This document shows, piece after piece, positions 8,665 through 17,264 of a stretch of DNA of 36,280 nt. Both the position numbers and the translations under genes were made by a program. The stretch lies in assembly GCA_039714175.1 (NCBI GenBank), contig JBDLJV010000002.1, positions 1 through 36,280 of the forward strand, written 5' to 3'. The stretch's first letter is position 1, and every line of letters begins with the position of its first letter. Origin of the DNA: Actinomycetota bacterium (lineage in GTDB: Bacteria > Actinomycetota > Acidimicrobiia > Spongiisociales > UBA5794). The notes below the pieces were generated by a model. It searched no databases. It was not told the DNA's origin and was given only the letters and a program-made list of their open reading frames with translations.

Positions 8665-9768
8665 ATGGAGTTCTTCGTGATCGATCACAACCCTGGCTTG
8701 GACGAGCTTCTTGAGAAACTGACTGCTGTCGGGGGATCCGACATGCACCTCAAGGTCGGGTCGCCTCCTGCATACCGAATCGATGGAGTACTCCATCCCG
8801 CCGAGCTCCCACCCTTGAGCGCAGACGACACGACGCATCTTCTCGAGGAACTGCTTCCTGAACGCCTGACGAGTGATATTCAGGATGTCAATGATCTTGA
8901 CTTCGCCTACGGAAAGGCCGGCGTCGGCAGGTTCCGCGTCAACGTCTACAGGCAGCGCGGTTCCGTCAATATCGTGGTGAGGGCCGTGTCGGACAAGCTG
9001 CGAACGCTCAGTGACCTCGGTTTGCCGGCGGGTGTGGCCAGGGAGTGCGAAGAGCACTCGGGATTGATCATCGTCACCGGACCCACGGGATCGGGGAAGA
9101 CGACAACCTGCGCAGCGATGATCGGCCACATAAATGACACGCTCCGAAGGAGCATCATCACGCTCGAGGACCCGATCGAAGTACTCCACAGGGACAAGAC
9201 GTCGATGATCAGTCAGCGCGAGGTGGGGGTTGACACACCGTCGTTCGAGGATGGGATGAAGTCGGTACTCCGGCAAGATCCGGATGTCATCTACGTGGGC
9301 GAGTTGCGAAACGCAGAGACGATAGAGGCGGCATTCGTGGCCGCCGAAACGGGTCACCTCGTCATATCGACCATGTACACCCTGGATGCCACAGAGACGC
9401 TCAACCGGATTCTCGATTCCTTCCCTCCGTACCTGGAACGTCGGATGCGTCAGATGCTCGCCACGAGTCTCCGGGCAGTCGTTTCCCAGAGGCTCATCCC
9501 CAATGCGGACGGCATGGGACGGTCACTCGTTGCTGAGGTGCTTGTCAACACCGAGGCAGTCAGCGAGAAGCTCGTCGAAACCGGAAGCATCGACTTTTTG
9601 TCCGAGATCATGACCGAAGGTGCTTTCTACGGCATGCGGACGATCGACCAGGCGATCACCGAGAAGTACGAAGCCGGGGTCATCTCCTTCTCCGACGCAT
9701 TGCTGCACGTCACTTCTCCGCGCGAGTTCAAGATTGCAGCCGGTGCCGGGCAAATGGCCGGCGGGTAG
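8665..9768 (+). CDS. pilT: PilT-family hexameric secretion/twitching ATPase, divergent and orphan
   Basis: Walker A GPTGSGKTT, Asp box ITLEDPIE and Walker B DPDVIYVGELRN. The His box reads ETGHLVISTMYT, with Tyr where the family has the second His. AIRNLIRE is replaced by AVSEKLVE. Confidence 0.88.
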   Translation: MEFFVIDHNPGLDELLEKLTAVGGSDMHLKVGSPPAYRIDGVLHPAELPPLSADDTTHLLEELLPERLTSDIQDVNDLDFAYGKAGVGRFRVNVYRQRGSVNIVVRAVSDKLRTLSDLGLPAGVARECEEHSGLIIVTGPTGSGKTTTCAAMIGHINDTLRRSIITLEDPIEVLHRDKTSMISQREVGVDTPSFEDGMKSVLRQDPDVIYVGELRNAETIEAAFVAAETGHLVISTMYTLDATETLNRILDSFPPYLERRMRQMLATSLRAVVSQRLIPNADGMGRSLVAEVLVNTEAVSEKLVETGSIDFLSEIMTEGAFYGMRTIDQAITEKYEAGVISFSDALLHVTSPREFKIAAGAGQMAGG

Positions 9769-9789
9769 GCGAAGGTAGATTGCTTCGCT

Positions 9790-9915
9790 CAGAGAACGGA
9801 GAACAGAGATCGCTCGCTGCGCTCTCTGAGAGACAGTGGTTCGCTCGTCCTCCAGTCTCTGCTCTCTGCTCTTTTGCCTTTGCTCTTCTCACAACACCTG
9901 ATACCTGACGCCTGT
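9790..9915. repeat. 18 in-phase degenerate heptamers (three sub-arrays)
   Basis: cagagaa cggagaa cagagat cgctcgc tgcgctc tctgaga gacagtg gttcgct cgtcctc cagtctc tgctctc tgctctt ttgcctt tgctctt ctcacaa cacctga tacctga cgcctgt. Confidence 0.85.
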
Positions 9916-9932
9916 TTTGTACTCTCTGGGCC

Positions 9933-10529
9933 ATGCCTGAATTCGTATGCCGGGATTGCGACTCAACCTTTGCCCTTCCCCAGAACGTGCTTGACCGGTA
10001 CCCCGGTTGGACTCCGCGCCAGTGTCGTGACTGTCGGGATGGGGAGAGGAGCAAGCCAACCAGGAACCCGAATGCAGGTTCCAGTCCGGGGACTGATCCG
10101 GTTTCGGGAGTCTTCACCGATGGGAGCTCGTCGCCGAACCCGGGTCCGGGAGGCTGGGGTGCGGTGTACGTCGAGGACAACGTGATCATCCGTGAGGCAT
10201 ATGGGTACGGCGGTGACACGACGAACAATCGCATGGAGTTGATGGCTCTCATCGAGGCTGTGGACCTCGTCCCCGTAGGTACGAGCGCGACGGTCTACTC
10301 GGACTCCAATCTTGCTGTGCGGACCATCAACGAATGGGCGGCCGGTTGGGAGAAGCGAGGGTGGAAGCGAAAGAGCGGTCCTGTCGAGAATCTCGACCTC
10401 GTGAAGAAGGCGTACGCCGCCTACAAGAATCGTCCCGAACTCGAACTCACGTGGATCAAGGCGCATGTGGGATTCCGGTGGAACGAGCATGCCGACGCGC
10501 TAGCGAACCGGGGAAGGCTCGAGGGGTAG
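9933..10529 (+). CDS. rnhA: Ribonuclease HI with N-terminal CxxC...CxxC zinc-ribbon extension
   Basis: RNase H catalytic DEDD context: FTDGSSSPNPGPGGWG, TNNRMELMALIEA, VYSDSNL and NEHADALA. The N-terminus is MPEFVCRDCDSTF...RQCRDCRDG. Confidence 0.9.
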   Translation: MPEFVCRDCDSTFALPQNVLDRYPGWTPRQCRDCRDGERSKPTRNPNAGSSPGTDPVSGVFTDGSSSPNPGPGGWGAVYVEDNVIIREAYGYGGDTTNNRMELMALIEAVDLVPVGTSATVYSDSNLAVRTINEWAAGWEKRGWKRKSGPVENLDLVKKAYAAYKNRPELELTWIKAHVGFRWNEHADALANRGRLEG

Positions 10530-10531
10530 CC

Positions 10532-11914
10532 ATGATTCCTGATCGAATCCGAACGATCATGTCCGATGATGTGTGTGAGCTTTCGAGGCTCTTCGCCGCA
10601 GAAGGTCACGATCTGTACCTGGTCGGTGGGTCCGTACGTGATGCCCTCCTGGGGAGAGACATCGACGATCTCGACTTCACGACGGATGCCCGGCCGGAGG
10701 TGATCGAACGGATCGGGAGCACATGGGCCCACTCGGTGTACCTCGCGGGCAAGGCATTCGGAACCATTGGACTCGTCAGGGAACACCACACGTATGAGAT
10801 CACGACCTACCGGTCCGAGATGTATCGCGATGACTCTCGAAAGCCCGTCGTGTCCTTCAGCGAGGATCTGGAGGAGGACCTCGAGAGGCGAGATTTCACC
10901 GTGAACGCCATGGCCATCAAGGTGCCCGCATCGGAAGACGACCAACCAGAAATGATCGATCCCCATGGCGGGTTGGTGGATCTCGCGGTGAGAGAGCTTC
11001 GGACACCGATGGACCCGGAAATCTCGTTCGGTGACGATCCGCTTCGGATGCTGCGCCTCTTCAGGTTCATGGCAACCCTCGGCTTCACAGCAAACGAGGA
11101 AGCAATCAGGGCAGTGGAGCAATTGAAGGAACGTCTTCAGATCGTCTCGGCCGAGAGGATCCGGAATGAGTTCGACAAGCTCATCGTAGGAGATCACGTG
11201 GTCACCGCCCTCGAAGCTCTCGTTGACAGCGGGCTAGCGAACGAGTTCATCCCCGAGCTGCCAGCACTCGCAGTTGAGCAGGATCCGGTTCACCGTCACA
11301 AGGATGTCCTGGCACACACGATCGCTGTCGTAGGCAAGACGAGCCCGAGGACCAGGCTGAGGCTTGCCGCCCTGTTCCACGACATCGGCAAGCCGGCCAC
11401 TCGCGAGTTCGGAAAGGGTGGGGTCTCCTTCCACCATCACGATGTGGTTGGTGCACGCATGACTCGAAAGCGCATGAAAGAGCTTCGATACCCGAAGGAT
11501 GTCATCAGGGATACCTCACAGCTGGTATTCCTTCACATGCGTCCCCATACCTACAAGATGGGGTGGACCGATTCGGCGGTTCGTCGGTATGTGCGCGACG
11601 CAGGGCCCCTGCTCGAGGACCTGAATGAGCTTGTTCGCTGTGATGTCACGACGAGAAACGAGCGCCGGGCACGCACGATTGCCAACAGGATCGATGAACT
11701 CGAGGTCCGTATCGCTGAACTGGCGGAGCGAGAGGAACTCGACAAGCTTCGCCCCCCGATCGATGGCAACCAGGTGATGGAGCATCTCGGCATCGGGCCT
11801 TCGCGGCAGATCGGTGAGATCATGGCCATGCTGCTCGAACGCCGAATCGAAGAGGGTCCGTACACGCCAGAAGAAGCCTTCGCCATGCTGGATGAGTGGG
11901 AAAGGGAGAGCTGA
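10532..11914 (+). CDS. cca: CCA-adding tRNA nucleotidyltransferase / poly(A) polymerase family with HD domain
   Basis: LVGGSVRDALLGR...DLDF, ERRDFTVNAMA and HD motifs HRHKDVLAHT...FHDIGKP. ATG 10532 lies 2 nt after the rnhA stop and is preceded by GAGGGG. The tracked 10334 start lies inside rnhA. Confidence 0.9.
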   Translation: MIPDRIRTIMSDDVCELSRLFAAEGHDLYLVGGSVRDALLGRDIDDLDFTTDARPEVIERIGSTWAHSVYLAGKAFGTIGLVREHHTYEITTYRSEMYRDDSRKPVVSFSEDLEEDLERRDFTVNAMAIKVPASEDDQPEMIDPHGGLVDLAVRELRTPMDPEISFGDDPLRMLRLFRFMATLGFTANEEAIRAVEQLKERLQIVSAERIRNEFDKLIVGDHVVTALEALVDSGLANEFIPELPALAVEQDPVHRHKDVLAHTIAVVGKTSPRTRLRLAALFHDIGKPATREFGKGGVSFHHHDVVGARMTRKRMKELRYPKDVIRDTSQLVFLHMRPHTYKMGWTDSAVRRYVRDAGPLLEDLNELVRCDVTTRNERRARTIANRIDELEVRIAELAEREELDKLRPPIDGNQVMEHLGIGPSRQIGEIMAMLLERRIEEGPYTPEEAFAMLDEWERES

Positions 11915-11965
11915 GAATTCGTCCCCCTTTGTCCTCGATCTACGAGGTGAGGCACCTTCCGAAAG

Positions 11966-11986
11966 GTCCTCCCCTGGTGGGAGGAC
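11966..11986 (+). other. GC hairpin GTCCTCCC-ctggt-GGGAGGAC
   Basis: 8-bp perfect stem with a 5-nt loop. It is a twin of the hairpin at 12087-12107 with a compensatory T:A to C:G change. Confidence 0.7.
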
Positions 11987-12086
11987 GGGCGAGCTTGCGA
12001 GCCAGGAGGGGGATGCTGAACGCTCCCAGCCCCAGACAGCATGCCACCTGCATCACCCCCCTGATTCGTCGCTTCGCTCCTCATCC

Positions 12087-12107
12087 GTCCCCCCATCAAG
12101 GGGGGAC
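12087..12107 (+). other. GC hairpin GTCCCCCC-atcaa-GGGGGGAC
   Basis: 8-bp perfect stem with a 5-nt loop. It has the same frame as the hairpin at 11966-11986. Confidence 0.7.
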
Positions 12108-12266
12108 CTGAAGAAGGTGCGCTCAGGCATGGAAGACGTGCATCGCCAAGCCATGACAAATACCCGTGGTGCCTGAGACAACTACAGATCCAGCCAACCG
12201 AGATCGTGGATTGAGGTCTATGGCGGGACGTATGCATTAGCTACCGGGACTCTTCGATTCTTGACT

Positions 12267-12366
12267 CCTTGTCGATACGGCTCCGCCGTATCTCTCGTCG
12301 CTGACCACCGGTCAGCTCTGGTCGATGCGCCACGGGCGCATCTCTTGTCGCCGATCTTCGATCGGC
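12267..12366. repeat. Array of four mini-hairpins separated by conserved 7-nt linkers
   Basis: ccttgtc GATACGGCtccGCCGTATC tctcgtc GCTGACCaccGGTCAGC tctggtc GATGCGCCacgGGCGCATC tcttgtc GCCGATCttcGATCGGC. Stems are 7-8 bp, all perfect and all different. Loops are always 3 nt. Confidence 0.9.
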
Positions 12367-12406
12367 TCACACAGGAACCTCTTATGCACTAATCGCCGTA
12401 TATACG

Positions 12407-12412
12407 TATACT
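12407..12412 (+). promoter_or_regulatory. -10-like TATACT, 6 nt upstream of the argC ATG (leaderless geometry)
   Basis: tatact cattcc ATG, with no purine-rich SD upstream of ATG 12419. Confidence 0.45.
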
Positions 12413-12418
12413 CATTCC

Positions 12419-13447
12419 ATGCATCAGGTAGCGATTCTCGGCGCCTCCGGCTATGCCGGGGGCGAACTTGTTCGGTTCGTCGACAACCATCCGCATTTCG
12501 AGGTGGCGTTCCTCGGAGCCAACCGGCGCGCTGGTGAGCTGCTGAGTGCCGTGCACCCACAGTTGTCCGGAGGGGACCGCAGACTTGAATCCTTCGACAG
12601 GGATGCGCTCGGTGACGTCGATCTCGTGTTCATGGCTCTACCCCACGGGGCGTCCGCGGAACCGGCGATGAGTCTGGCTGGTGCCAGAGCGAAGATCGTC
12701 GATCTTGGTTCGGACTTCCGGATGGATACACCCGAGAGGTATGAAGCTGCTTACGGCCAGCCTCACCCGTACCCGGAGACACTTGGCGCATGGGAGTACG
12801 GGTTACCGGAGTTGTTCGGTCACGACATTGCCGAATCGAACCGTGTGGCCGCACCGGGGTGCTACCCGACCTCAGCGATCGTTCCCCTTGCCCCGCTTCT
12901 GAGCGCAGGCCTCATCGAGCCGAACGGTATCGTTGTTGATTCGATGTCCGGAGTCTCCGGTGCCGGAAGGGGAGTATCGGAAGCCCTTCAGTTCGGAGCG
13001 GTTGACGAATCCGCCAAGGCGTACAAGATTCTGACGCACCGTCACCGTCCGGAGATGGAGCGTGCGCTCGACGAGTTCTCGCCCCTCCCCACCTCGATCC
13101 TGTTCACTCCCCATCTCGTGCCGATGCAGCGCGGGATCCTTTCGACTATCTACGCTCCACTCGCCGAGGGCACGACACTCGAAGAAGTCGAGGGTGCCTT
13201 TGATGGTGCCTACCTAGGCGCTGCTTTCGTCAGACGACTTGAAAGCGCTCCGGAGACACGCTGGGTTGTCGGGTCGAACAACGTCCTGGTGTCCTTCCAC
13301 CTCGATGATCGAACAGGAACCCTGATTGCGTTGTCTGCGATCGACAATCTTGTGAAGGGTGCTGCAGGCCAGGCCGTGCAGAATGCGAACGTCATGTTCG
13401 GATTCGACGAGCCAACGGGGCTGCCGACTGAGGGGTGGATGCCGTGA
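12419..13447 (+). CDS. argC: N-acetyl-gamma-glutamyl-phosphate reductase
   Basis: ILGASGYAGGELVR dinucleotide fold, active-site PGCYPT, C-terminal DNLVKGAAGQAVQN. Confidence 0.95.
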   Translation: MHQVAILGASGYAGGELVRFVDNHPHFEVAFLGANRRAGELLSAVHPQLSGGDRRLESFDRDALGDVDLVFMALPHGASAEPAMSLAGARAKIVDLGSDFRMDTPERYEAAYGQPHPYPETLGAWEYGLPELFGHDIAESNRVAAPGCYPTSAIVPLAPLLSAGLIEPNGIVVDSMSGVSGAGRGVSEALQFGAVDESAKAYKILTHRHRPEMERALDEFSPLPTSILFTPHLVPMQRGILSTIYAPLAEGTTLEEVEGAFDGAYLGAAFVRRLESAPETRWVVGSNNVLVSFHLDDRTGTLIALSAIDNLVKGAAGQAVQNANVMFGFDEPTGLPTEGWMP

Positions 13448-14604
13448 GCGTCACAGCCGCGAAGGGATTTTCCGCAGCCGGCGTTGCTGCCGGCATCAAG
13501 CAGGATGCGCTCGACGTTGCTGTGTTGGTTTCTGATGAGTTGGCCACAACCGCCGCAGTATTCACGCACAACCAAGCAGCTGCGGCACCGGTGGTACTCA
13601 GTCGGGCGAGCATGAGTAACGGTTCGGCGAAGCGAGCCGTTGTCATCAACTCCGGGTGCGCCAACGCGGCGACCGGGTCGGAAGGCGCGGCCAATGCCGC
13701 GGCCATGATCGATGCCGTTGCGTCACGTATCGGGTGCAGATCCGGCGATGTGCTTGTGTGTTCAACAGGAACGATCGGGCCACAGCTTCCAATGGACCTG
13801 CTGGTTCCCGGGATCGATGCAGCGATCGAGAGACTCGCCAGCACGCCGGAGTCAGCTGCCCTTGCAGCAACGGCGATCATGACGACGGACTCCGTTCCGA
13901 AGCAAGCAGTCGTGGAGCGTGATGGCTGGGTTGTCGGTGGCATGTCGAAGGGTGCCGGGATGGTGCGACCGAGCATGGCAACCATGCTCGCGTTCATAAC
14001 AACAGACGCCATCGTGGACCCGGAGATTCTGGACCATGCTCTGAGGGCAGCAGTCGACGCTTCGTTCAACTCGCTGAACATTGACGGATGCGAATCGACG
14101 AACGACACAGCAATCGCCATGGCGTCAGGTGCATCCGGTATTACGCCCGACCCCGTGGATGTCCTGTCGGCGATAGAGGATGTCTGCGGGGACCTTGCGC
14201 TTCAGATGGCCCAGGACGCTGAAGGTGCCTCCCGGGTGGTGATCGTTGACGTGGCCGGAGCGGCCACCGACGACGAGGCTCGCTCGCTCGGCCGCACCGT
14301 GACCGACTCCGCCCTTGTGCGGTCGTCGTTCTTCGGCGGTGACGTCAACTGGGGTCGGATTCTTGGTGCTCTCGGGAGTTCCAACATCAAGATCGATGTG
14401 CAGAGCATCACGATTTCATACGAGGGAGTGGTCGTTTTCGCCAAGGGCGCGCCGGTGAGCTACGACGAGATGGCGTTGCTCGATCTGATCGAGGACGGCG
14501 ACTTCGGAATCTCGGTCGTTCTTGGCAGGGGACCCGGAACGGCACGGATCATCACCACCGACCTGACACCTGAGTATGTCATGTTCAACGGGGAGCGCTC
14601 ATGA
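13444..14604 (+). CDS. argJ: Bifunctional glutamate N-acetyltransferase / amino-acid acetyltransferase
   Basis: Ntn self-processing context PSMATMLAFITTDA. GTG 13444 forms a GTGA overlap with the argC stop; GTG 13435 is an alternative start. Confidence 0.93.
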   Translation: MSVTAAKGFSAAGVAAGIKQDALDVAVLVSDELATTAAVFTHNQAAAAPVVLSRASMSNGSAKRAVVINSGCANAATGSEGAANAAAMIDAVASRIGCRSGDVLVCSTGTIGPQLPMDLLVPGIDAAIERLASTPESAALAATAIMTTDSVPKQAVVERDGWVVGGMSKGAGMVRPSMATMLAFITTDAIVDPEILDHALRAAVDASFNSLNIDGCESTNDTAIAMASGASGITPDPVDVLSAIEDVCGDLALQMAQDAEGASRVVIVDVAGAATDDEARSLGRTVTDSALVRSSFFGGDVNWGRILGALGSSNIKIDVQSITISYEGVVVFAKGAPVSYDEMALLDLIEDGDFGISVVLGRGPGTARIITTDLTPEYVMFNGERS

Positions 14605-15503
14605 CCGGCCACACATCACCACATCCAGCGAAACCGCGGATCGCCTCAACGATGGGGAAGGCGAGCATCTTCTCGGAGGCACTGCCCTTCATCAGTCGCT
14701 TTCGGGGAAGTACTGCGGTGATCAAGTACGGCGGATCTGCAATGGTCGACGATCTACTGCGGGGCACGTTCGCTGATGACGTTGCAATGCTCCACTACGT
14801 GGGAATCAACCCGATCATCGTCCACGGTGGCGGACCGCACATCTCAGCAGCCATGGGACAGAAGGGCATCGAACCGCAGTGGATCGAGGGTCTCCGGGTC
14901 ACTGATGAACACACCATGCGCGTTGTGCAGGCGACCCTTGTTGGAGAGATCAACCCGGACATCGTCAGGCTCGTGAACAACCACGGCGCTGTTGCGGCGG
15001 GCGTGTCCGGTCTTGATGCGAACCTCTTCGTGGCCGAACCGGAGGATGAGCGGCTGGGCTTCGTCGGCAGGGTGACAGAGGTCAACACCGGACTCATCGA
15101 AGGTCTCCAGGCGCAGGGATATGTTCCCGTTGTTGCTCCCATTGCCAGGGGGGAGGACGGTCAGACATACAACCTGAATGCCGATGTAGCGGCTGCTGCG
15201 CTTGCCGAGGCGATTGGCGCGCGGAAGCTCATCTACCTGACCGATGTCGAGGGCCTGTACCGCGATCTCGGTGACCACGACAGCCTCATCTCAAGGATCA
15301 CCGAGCCAGACCTGACCGAACTCATCGAGGGCGGATCGGTGTCCGCCGGCATGCTGCCGAAGCTGCGCTCCGCCATGGCCGCGATCCGTAGTGGAGTGGA
15401 CCAGGTGCACATCCTCGACGGTCGGATGCAGCACGCCGTACTGCTTGAGATATTCACTCCGGAGGGCCTCGGCACCATGATCACCCAGGAGCAGAGACCA
15501 TGA
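14601..15503 (+). CDS. argB: Acetylglutamate kinase
   Basis: AAK-family motifs VIKYGGSAM and IVHGGGP. ATGA overlap with argJ. ATG 14652 (MGKASIF) is an alternative start. Confidence 0.93.
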   Translation: MTGHTSPHPAKPRIASTMGKASIFSEALPFISRFRGSTAVIKYGGSAMVDDLLRGTFADDVAMLHYVGINPIIVHGGGPHISAAMGQKGIEPQWIEGLRVTDEHTMRVVQATLVGEINPDIVRLVNNHGAVAAGVSGLDANLFVAEPEDERLGFVGRVTEVNTGLIEGLQAQGYVPVVAPIARGEDGQTYNLNADVAAAALAEAIGARKLIYLTDVEGLYRDLGDHDSLISRITEPDLTELIEGGSVSAGMLPKLRSAMAAIRSGVDQVHILDGRMQHAVLLEIFTPEGLGTMITQEQRP

Positions 15504-15955
15504 AGGCAGATACGAGTGCCAGACGCCGCGAGATTCGGGGGTTGCTCTCCAGTGAGGCGATAGCGAACCAGGGTCAGTTGCAGTCGCTGCTGAACGAGAA
15601 GGGATTCGAGGTCACCCAGGCAACGATCTCGAGGGACCTTGACGCCGTCGGTGCAGGGAGGATCAAGGAGAACGGCAGCTACGTCTACCGACTCGTGCAG
15701 CCGGGCGCTGACGACACAGCCTTCCTGGCGATGCGCGAGGCCATCGACGAGTTCGTCGAGAGTCTGCTGACCTCGGGCAACCTGATAGTCATGAAGGTGC
15801 CTCCCGGAGCGGCACAGCTTGTCGCGAGTCGCATCGATGGCGCGGGCCTGGATGGCGTCCTCGGAACGATCGCGGGAGATGACACGATCCTTGTCGTAGC
15901 GGACGAAGCAGTTGGATCGAACAAGATTTCGAAGCGAATCACCGGAACGGAGTAA
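15500..15955 (+). CDS. argR: Arginine repressor
   Basis: Winged helix [12 protein letters not shown] and C-terminal [16 protein letters not shown] overlap with argB. Confidence 0.9.
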   Translation: MKADTSARRREIRGLLSSEAIANQGQLQSLLNEKGFEVTQATISRDLDAVGAGRIKENGSYVYRLVQPGADDTAFLAMREAIDEFVESLLTSGNLIVMKVPPGAAQLVASRIDGAGLDGVLGTIAGDDTILVVADEAVGSNKISKRITGTE

Positions 15956-15959
15956 CACG

Positions 15960-17174
<1,215 letters not shown>

Positions 17175-17244
17175 GCAGGTGTCAGGCATCAGGTATCAGG
17201 CATCAGGTAGTCGTACTACGTACTGCGTACTACGTACCACGTCA
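17175..17244. repeat. 10 in-phase heptamers in two blocks (NCAGGYR x5, YRCGTMM x5)
   Basis: gcaggtg tcaggca tcaggta tcaggca tcaggta gtcgtac tacgtac tgcgtac tacgtac cacgtca. Confidence 0.9.
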
Positions 17245-17246
17245 TC

Positions 17247-17263
17247 TCGGGCCGGAGGCCCGA
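17247..17263 (+). promoter_or_regulatory. 7-bp hairpin TCGGGCC-gga-GGCCCGA carrying the argH Shine-Dalgarno (GGAGG 17254-17258)
   Basis: Perfect stem. The SD spans the loop and the 3' arm and lies 6 nt before ATG 17265. Confidence 0.5.
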
Positions 17264-17264
17264 C

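Noticed and set aside
12168-12178. GGTGCCTGAGA resembling the 5' half of a TPP riboswitch THI-box.
   Set aside because: The obligatory downstream ACCTGATCTGGATAATGCCAGCG-like half is absent. The downstream operon is arginine biosynthesis, not thiamine.
12267-12366. Possible CRISPR array (regular alternation of constant and variable segments).
   Set aside because: The constant part is only 7 nt and the variable parts are 17-19-nt perfect palindromes. This is the opposite of the CRISPR repeat/spacer size logic, and there are no cas genes in the window.
11915-12418. Known housekeeping RNAs in the large gap: tRNA, tmRNA, RNase P RNA, SRP RNA.
   Set aside because: By eye I found no GGTTCGAnTCC T-loop, no GAGGAAAGTCCGGGC (RNase P), no tmRNA 5'/3' tRNA-like ends and no SRP GGAAG/AGCAGCC domain-IV motif on either strand. 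This is not an exhaustive covariance search.
12380-12425. ArgR operator (ARG box) over the argC promoter. ATGCA-containing half-sites occur at 12384-12388 and 12419-12423, and there is an AT-rich gtatatacgtatac stretch.
   Set aside because: I could not assemble a convincing 18-20-bp TGCAT-N-ATGCA-type palindrome or a tandem box pair. It is plausible biologically but not supported by the sequence as read.
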